From positions 1 to 32,500 of IMG/VR virus record IMGVR_UViG_3300030708_003142: 32,500 nt of DNA; one strand, written 5' to 3'. The notes below the pieces were generated by a model. The model saw only the letters and a program-made list of their open reading frames with translations. It searched no databases and had not been told where the DNA came from. Positions 28,701-32,500 of the stretch are shown here, one piece after another. The position numbers and the translations under genes are program-made. Each line of letters opens with the position of its first letter. The stretch's first letter is position 1. This DNA comes from a virus (lineage: Duplodnaviria; Caudoviricetes).

Positions 28701-30140
28701 GATGTAAACCTTGTTAACTTTAAATTCCAAGGCGCCCCATCTTCTGTATCAGGAGCCTATTACAATCTTTCAGGTAAAGGGTGTGAACACGCAGAAGATA
28801 AAATCCCTGACGTTGGACCTCCTACTACCGACAACAGTTATACGGTTGAAGAAACCCCAAGTGCCAGAGAGGCTGGCACTGCTTTAGGAATTGATGATGA
28901 CACAGGTTTAGGTGAAGGAGGAGGTACCGGTACTGGTAGCAACTCTGATTTTAACGATGTTATTATTGTCGGAGGAGGTACAGGAAGTTACACTCAGTCA
29001 GACGGTAACGCTACCAATCAAGGTACAATGTACACCGTGGCTGGTCAAGGAACAGATGAAACTTTGTTTGCAACATTTGGCTCAGATTCCAATGACCAAG
29101 CAGGTAGTATGACTGTTTTAGGTGACGAACGTTCTGCCGTACGCTGTCAACGTTATAGAGCTTATATGAGGTCTAAGAGCGGAGCGACGATTAATGCTCC
29201 TGACGGGTTCTTAATGCCTAGTTACAAATGTATGGGAAGCCAAATACAAATTTGGAATATAGCAGACACCTCTCGCATTCACGCGGCTAATATTTTAGCT
29301 AACGGAATGGACCCAATGACGTGGTCGTTGAGCGCGGGTGCTCCTGGTGGTGGGTCTAACTGTCACGGTCCTACTGGAAAATGGAGAAACGGTGTATCTT
29401 TAGATTATTATGGATTAGCCGGACGTAGAACAACTTATGGTGGATGTGGAGCGGTATTCGCGAATACTGGTGTATTCCGTTTAATGATGTCAACTAGAGG
29501 TGACCTTAAATCATTCTATGATGTAAGTACCTTAAGTGGAACATCAACAGGAACTAACGGTTGGCAAAATAACGCTAGCTATGGTGGTTCCCCCGTTGAC
29601 CAAGTGAACGGACAAGGATATACTCACTGGACTCAGAACGTGAGGGTTTTAGGAGCAGCTGACAACGTTAGACGTTTAACAGGAACTGATTCGGATTTCC
29701 CTCAAGGAATCTATCAACTTTCGAGCTGTTTGAGAGTATTTGGATGGGGTATGCCTTCAATGGACCCTTCTGCGGGTGTAGCTACAATGCAACCTCGTAT
29801 AGGCGGGTTTAGTGCTTACAACGCTGTGTCGGGTATCGGTGGACAGCCGTCAGGCGCTTACTTCTACACAACCGCTGAGCCCGTAACACCTATGGCTCCT
29901 GTGGGTATGGACTACTATGGATTTATGAGAAACTGGTTGGACGAATCCGCTGCGGGCATGTTCCAAAATGCAAAACATATGGCAGAGGATAAGGTGAACG
30001 GGTTATCGATTTACAGGTCCCATATGGGAGGCGCAACCGGAGGAGAAGGACGAGATGCTGATGCTGGGGGTGCCGATGCAGGTTCATTCGGTGTGGGTGT
30101 AAGGTCACTCAATGTATTTGACTTGGAGAGATTAGTATAA
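25797..30140 (+). CDS. Tail fibre / tailspike with right-handed parallel beta-helix (pectin-lyase-like) (1447 aa)
   Basis: YDSIDDIVERIPKRLKFPVLIEI capping helix, then repeats such as GFDIENSEVILDN, GFRATNSRVKI, GFYAEGSDIDF, GIVVTNNSDAEL and GVVASNNSNVEL. Confidence 0.78.
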   Translation: MVSFKNVSSVGGNGIIPLNWDDDVPKYDPSSFYNWEQDNVPLWVIEQRGDTLYRAMGYPGGNPEGVTFVLSSTGHVDEGKGIYDSIDDIVERIPKRLKFPVLIEICRYGELGNLDLANITCEGEGKLEVVNRAYFEDTNASANAVADIGGSPADAALGNRMYVKQLYSPIASGTQLNVSSTRLQTSFADYDSWNKNTRLFAYQGPDTDRQANNITFYSASSTGTTRSMNGGAPFGNFSIPHPYDYTNDWGAGADTATAGTAASSWGDATPWYGSSTADYMILKRQEQYTKGQCAFFGYGAYFSSISLKDCQGTVILRNLLVDAGNLNGADYRGAGAAVCQRHRGEYGFDIENSEVILDNVASVRNATGGFRATNSRVKITGHCVAYRNYTKTGRAPANRNQDGVGFYALNSDLEWDGTKYTDSRKYLNYFGKSKRGIDLRNTTVRGGINYAGAATSGLPNAGSQLLSQPLRSESAGGVTVTYGQCSGAGGDTYTTTVNISDCNEHGFYAEGSDIDFAGRINSFLNVGDGMRLSRSQAQLPQFTLNNNSGWGLHLIGSQLTYAVSSENFAVRPDGYSQITGTQSGGGATPAVRIPNGAIPSNDFTAGVPAAANTRRIRNRAQFHVDSNNQNILIDKSSAANPASINNIPLYVGQFGGCEWTHTNAPSSIGTNVKYLPATHFGATPFRANNKPGIVVTNNSDAELVGVNYAVLSQDTGKGKVAIASNGSNLIFRGTSSTCTTFNYYPVNSVERQFRSWLSAGVVASNNSNVELTGPTKSARFGVPFLAEGNSNLKIKPPTLVGTDNILDISGYNLIPYQTGGEQLNHTRFEVHASRACLVANKNSNIQMYALGGQALRGKGASPNKGFIDSVDVLTTSYADAYLGDQNNQFDQSTSAGYVKMYPNAFTSGVASIAAFAPRLSLDVTEAQNESFNSTNSYVRTPDTNASDDYHRTAMTGGMCVRAVQDSTVDVNLVNFKFQGAPSSVSGAYYNLSGKGCEHAEDKIPDVGPPTTDNSYTVEETPSAREAGTALGIDDDTGLGEGGGTGTGSNSDFNDVIIVGGGTGSYTQSDGNATNQGTMYTVAGQGTDETLFATFGSDSNDQAGSMTVLGDERSAVRCQRYRAYMRSKSGATINAPDGFLMPSYKCMGSQIQIWNIADTSRIHAANILANGMDPMTWSLSAGAPGGGSNCHGPTGKWRNGVSLDYYGLAGRRTTYGGCGAVFANTGVFRLMMSTRGDLKSFYDVSTLSGTSTGTNGWQNNASYGGSPVDQVNGQGYTHWTQNVRVLGAADNVRRLTGTDSDFPQGIYQLSSCLRVFGWGMPSMDPSAGVATMQPRIGGFSAYNAVSGIGGQPSGAYFYTTAEPVTPMAPVGMDYYGFMRNWLDESAAGMFQNAKHMAEDKVNGLSIYRSHMGGATGGEGRDADAGGADAGSFGVGVRSLNVFDLERLV

Positions 30141-31726
30141 TGGCAAAAAGAATTAATGAAGATATTAGGTTTTACTTACCAGCTGACCCGTATTATTATC
30201 AGGTGGACAACCTTCCTTTGGAAGATTTGTTAGCCAATGATGTAAGATTACAAAACCAGGTAGATGAGATTAATTCTGCTGAAAGAGGGAATACCGTAGG
30301 ACGAGCTGGGTTTACTGAACTGCAACCTTTTATTGATGCTGCTTTACCTGGAACTGTATCTGTAAGACCCGGTAATTTTATTGGACGGTCTCAAAGAACT
30401 TCTGGAGGAAGTTTGGTTGGAGCTGAAGGAACTAATAGAGTAAACGACGGTATTTATGAAATGAATACCCCACCAACAGAATTTGGGATTGGGGATAATC
30501 CTACAGGGAAATACTCGGTCAGCAACCCTACTACATCAACGTCAACTGCGGGTCGATACGTAGGACGTAATTCAGTATTTAATTTTAAAGGTGGAAATAT
30601 TTCTATTGACTCCTTTAATTTTGATGACTTTCAATTTGATGCTAATAGAACCGCACCTTTAGGTCGTTTAGATTTGATAGGTATTACTACAGTAAACGGC
30701 GCGATGGATGACCCATACTTGCCTGGAAACCCAGAAGCAAACGATGCGGTGATTGGAGATGGTTATGCTAAACTTGCGGTGGTGAAAGGTGCAGGTCTTA
30801 CAACAATAACCAACGGACAACGTGAAGTGGTTATTGGAGAAAAATATATTACGGTAGGAACACCTCAAGAAAATGTTAATGATTTTGGAAGAAACATTGA
30901 CGGAGATGTAGTACCTAACCCAGAGATAGGAACCGTTCCTATGCCTGATGATGTTGTTAATGTTAACTTTGCAAGAACGTTAGCCTCTAATGGAGAGATA
31001 GCTCAAAGTCTTCAAGAGTACGCTTACTCAAATAAGAATGCAAGTTTCTTTTTACCTTTAGCTTATGTGTTTGTTCCTCAAAGCCATGTGGAAGGTAATC
31101 CAATTCCTGAAGGATATTTAAATGATATAAGACCATTCTTCAGAACCGCTGAACTCACTTTGCAAGAAAGGCAAGCTGTTGCTGGTTCAGTAGAACCCAG
31201 TATTCAAAACCCATTCGTTACCCAATCCCATCTTATTTCCAAATTGGGGTTTGAGACCGACTCAATAACTGACTTAGTAAATCAACTAGCTTCTAGAGTT
31301 GAGACCTTAGAACAAAATGAAGGTAAGGTTAAGAGTTGGAACGTACTTGCAGACACGAGCAACCGAAATAGCCTACCAATATTTTTGGAGCCCGGAACGT
31401 ACCAATTTCAAGGCACTTTTAGTACCGGTAGTGACAAGACGGGTGGCGGAGAACCTCTGGTAATTGGGGTTCATCAAGGCGGAAATTATCCTCGCGGACG
31501 CACCCTTCCTAACTTGATGTACAGAAGAATAAATATTAATGAAGATGATGATACTGTAGCCACTCAAAGTCTTGTTTTTACGGTAGTGACAGCAGATTTG
31601 TATCAAATCGCTTCCCCTGGTGACCCAAGTTTTGCTGCGGCTAACCAGGTTCCCCAACGAGATGCTCAAGGAGTTTCCACTGGCGTCGTTGGAACCATCA
31701 TTGAATTAATGCCTATTTCTGGGTAA
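30140..31726 (+). CDS. Second tail fibre-like protein (528 aa)
   Basis: Shares an N-terminal motif with the preceding fibre; LPLAYVFVP...DIRPFF motif, a short coiled coil (ITDLVNQLASRVETLEQ) and a roughly 130-aa beta-rich C-terminal head. Confidence 0.7.
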   Translation: MAKRINEDIRFYLPADPYYYQVDNLPLEDLLANDVRLQNQVDEINSAERGNTVGRAGFTELQPFIDAALPGTVSVRPGNFIGRSQRTSGGSLVGAEGTNRVNDGIYEMNTPPTEFGIGDNPTGKYSVSNPTTSTSTAGRYVGRNSVFNFKGGNISIDSFNFDDFQFDANRTAPLGRLDLIGITTVNGAMDDPYLPGNPEANDAVIGDGYAKLAVVKGAGLTTITNGQREVVIGEKYITVGTPQENVNDFGRNIDGDVVPNPEIGTVPMPDDVVNVNFARTLASNGEIAQSLQEYAYSNKNASFFLPLAYVFVPQSHVEGNPIPEGYLNDIRPFFRTAELTLQERQAVAGSVEPSIQNPFVTQSHLISKLGFETDSITDLVNQLASRVETLEQNEGKVKSWNVLADTSNRNSLPIFLEPGTYQFQGTFSTGSDKTGGGEPLVIGVHQGGNYPRGRTLPNLMYRRININEDDDTVATQSLVFTVVTADLYQIASPGDPSFAAANQVPQRDAQGVSTGVVGTIIELMPISG

Positions 31727-31752
31727 TTTATAATTAAATAATTTTTTTTAAC

Positions 31753-31762
31753 CTATATAATA
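31753..31762 (+). promoter_or_regulatory. Candidate promoter CTATATAATA just upstream of the membrane-protein pair
   Basis: In an AT-rich 41-bp gap; contains TATAAT (31756-31761) ending 6 nt before the ATG at 31768; the same 9-mer occurs at 586-594. Confidence 0.5.
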
Positions 31763-31767
31763 AAGCT

Positions 31768-31995
31768 ATGTGGAAAGCTATTTTAGATAATATTAATGCA
31801 CTCATCTTTGCAAACTGGAAAGGTATTTTTATGTTTGTACTAGGGTGTCTCGCTGGAGTATTCTTACTTTCATGCTCAATGGTTAACGGTGTCATCGATA
31901 AAACTCAAGAAGTTGTTACTGATGGTGTCGAAATAGTCACTGATGCCGTCGGTCTAACTGGCGACGAAGAAGAAGAAGCTACGGAAATCAAATGA
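31768..31995 (+). CDS. Small membrane protein / possible lipoprotein (75 aa)
   Basis: Hydrophobic GIFMFVLGCLAGVFLLSC ending in a lipobox-like LLSC, then an amphipathic helix and an acidic tail. Confidence 0.75.
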   Translation: MWKAILDNINALIFANWKGIFMFVLGCLAGVFLLSCSMVNGVIDKTQEVVTDGVEIVTDAVGLTGDEEEEATEIK

Positions 31996-32450
31996 AAATT
32001 ATAGCAGTTTTACTGCTATTTGTGACAGCCGGTTGCTCCACGTTAGCCCCTATAGGTGGTGGAGTAGCCGGTGCTGCACTTGGGGCTGCTGTTGCAGGAC
32101 CCGGAGGAGCCGCAGCTGGAGCCGGTGTTGGCGTAGCCACAGCTCAAATGGCTTTTCCAAACGAGCAGGTTGATACTACCGTAGCCTTAGCTGCTGCGCA
32201 AGCAGGTATCCCAGCTCCCGGAACCACCGCATCCACTTTACATGAAGCAACAAGCTTTATTCATGAGATAGGTTGGTGGTATCTTTTAATTTTCGTGCTG
32301 TTCCCTTTAATAACCAAGCGTGGTAGAACCTGGATGAAGAAGTTTACTGAGATACACAACACCGTTTCTCAGGCTGATATCGATGCCAGAGATGAAGAAC
32401 AGGACGAACGCATCAGAAAGATTGAGGAAATGCTAGAGAAAAAAACCTAG
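31992..32450 (+). CDS. Predicted lipoprotein with glycine zipper, second TM helix and charged C-terminal tail (152 aa)
   Basis: MKIIAVLLLFVTAG-C signal II; GGGVAGAALGAAVAGPGGAAAGAGVG zipper; IGWWYLLIFVLFPLIT followed by KRGR; ATGA overlap with the upstream gene. Confidence 0.8.
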   Translation: MKIIAVLLLFVTAGCSTLAPIGGGVAGAALGAAVAGPGGAAAGAGVGVATAQMAFPNEQVDTTVALAAAQAGIPAPGTTASTLHEATSFIHEIGWWYLLIFVLFPLITKRGRTWMKKFTEIHNTVSQADIDARDEEQDERIRKIEEMLEKKT

Positions 32451-32465
32451 ATTTATTTTAAAACA

Positions 32466-32483
32466 CTCTAGATACATCTAGAG
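32466..32483. repeat. Perfect 8-bp inverted repeat CTCTAGAT-AC-ATCTAGAG
   Basis: Read directly in the intergenic sequence after the last gene; contains CTAGATA. Confidence 0.7.
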
Positions 32484-32500
32484 GATAGAAATCCTTTTGT

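Larger units (their letters stand above)
1..32500 (+). mobile_element. Segment of a large myovirus-type bacteriophage genome (tail/baseplate morphogenesis module)
   Basis: Syntenic run of tape measure, tube initiator, gp53/LysM, hub, spike, gp25, gp6/J, gp7/I and fibre genes; gp2-like and Cas4-like genes upstream; genes abut or overlap; no host housekeeping genes. Sheath, tube and capsid genes are not in the window. Confidence 0.93.

Noticed and set aside
4206-30140. Inteins, introns or homing endonucleases explaining the oversized proteins
   Set aside because: I saw no HN-[C/S/T] splice junction and no LAGLIDADG, HNH or GIY-YIG motif; reading frames are continuous.
1104-31669. Numerous 60-130 aa minus-strand and alternate-frame ORFs in the ORF track (e.g. 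2127..2507, 10558..10947, 23714..24061, 11310..11552)
   Set aside because: They lie wholly or almost wholly within long genes with recognisable motifs and read as antisense or frame shadows with no protein-like features.
1012-31726. Bacterial eCIS/T6SS/tailocin rather than phage
   Set aside because: No AAA+ ATPase, DUF4157 or T6SS membrane genes and no host genes; the gp2-like and Cas4-like neighbours, gene density and GATC loss favour a phage. Capsid genes are outside the window, so this is not formally excluded.
25797-31726. Diversity-generating retroelement or invertible fibre cassette
   Set aside because: No reverse transcriptase, recombinase or near-identical template/variable repeat pair seen in the window.
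31727-31752. Rho-independent terminator after the fibre genes
   Set aside because: A T-run is present but there is no GC-rich stem, only weak AT pairing.
1-32500. Stop-codon reassignment
   Set aside because: Genes up to 4.9 kb are uninterrupted in the standard code and tile the window; TAA, TGA and TAG all end genes at sensible junctions.
1-32500. tRNA, rRNA or structured ncRNA genes
   Set aside because: Intergenic gaps are at most about 53 bp and none shows a cloverleaf or extended stem.

Overview
The window is a segment of a large tailed dsDNA phage genome with a contractile tail (myovirus type). Almost all of it is one tightly coupled + strand tail/baseplate operon (627-31726). In order it encodes a T4 gp2-like DNA end protector, a tape measure, a tube-initiator-like protein, a gp53/LysM-like protein, an enlarged baseplate hub, a gpV/gp5-type spike with an HxH tip, an orphan, a 1056-aa LamG protein, gp25, a gp6/gpJ wedge, a 1624-aa gp7/gpI-like protein, a 1.5k-aa expanded tail-collar protein with its 199-aa paralog, a beta-helix fibre/tailspike and a second fibre. 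The left flank holds the 3' end of a Cas4-like PD-(D/E)XK nuclease and a divergent small gene; the right flank holds two small membrane/lipoprotein genes. The most notable observations are: (i) apparently nested ('Russian-doll') CBM-like repeats inside the tail-collar paralog; (ii) no GATC found by manual reading of 32.5 kb; (iii) a lipoprotein + glycine zipper + TM protein with u-spanin-like topology; (iv) a large insertion in the hub and no recognisable peptidoglycan hydrolase; (v) a candidate degenerate late promoter CTA[A/T/G]ATA and mostly SD-less starts. All calls come from motif recognition and gene order by eye; no database searches were run.
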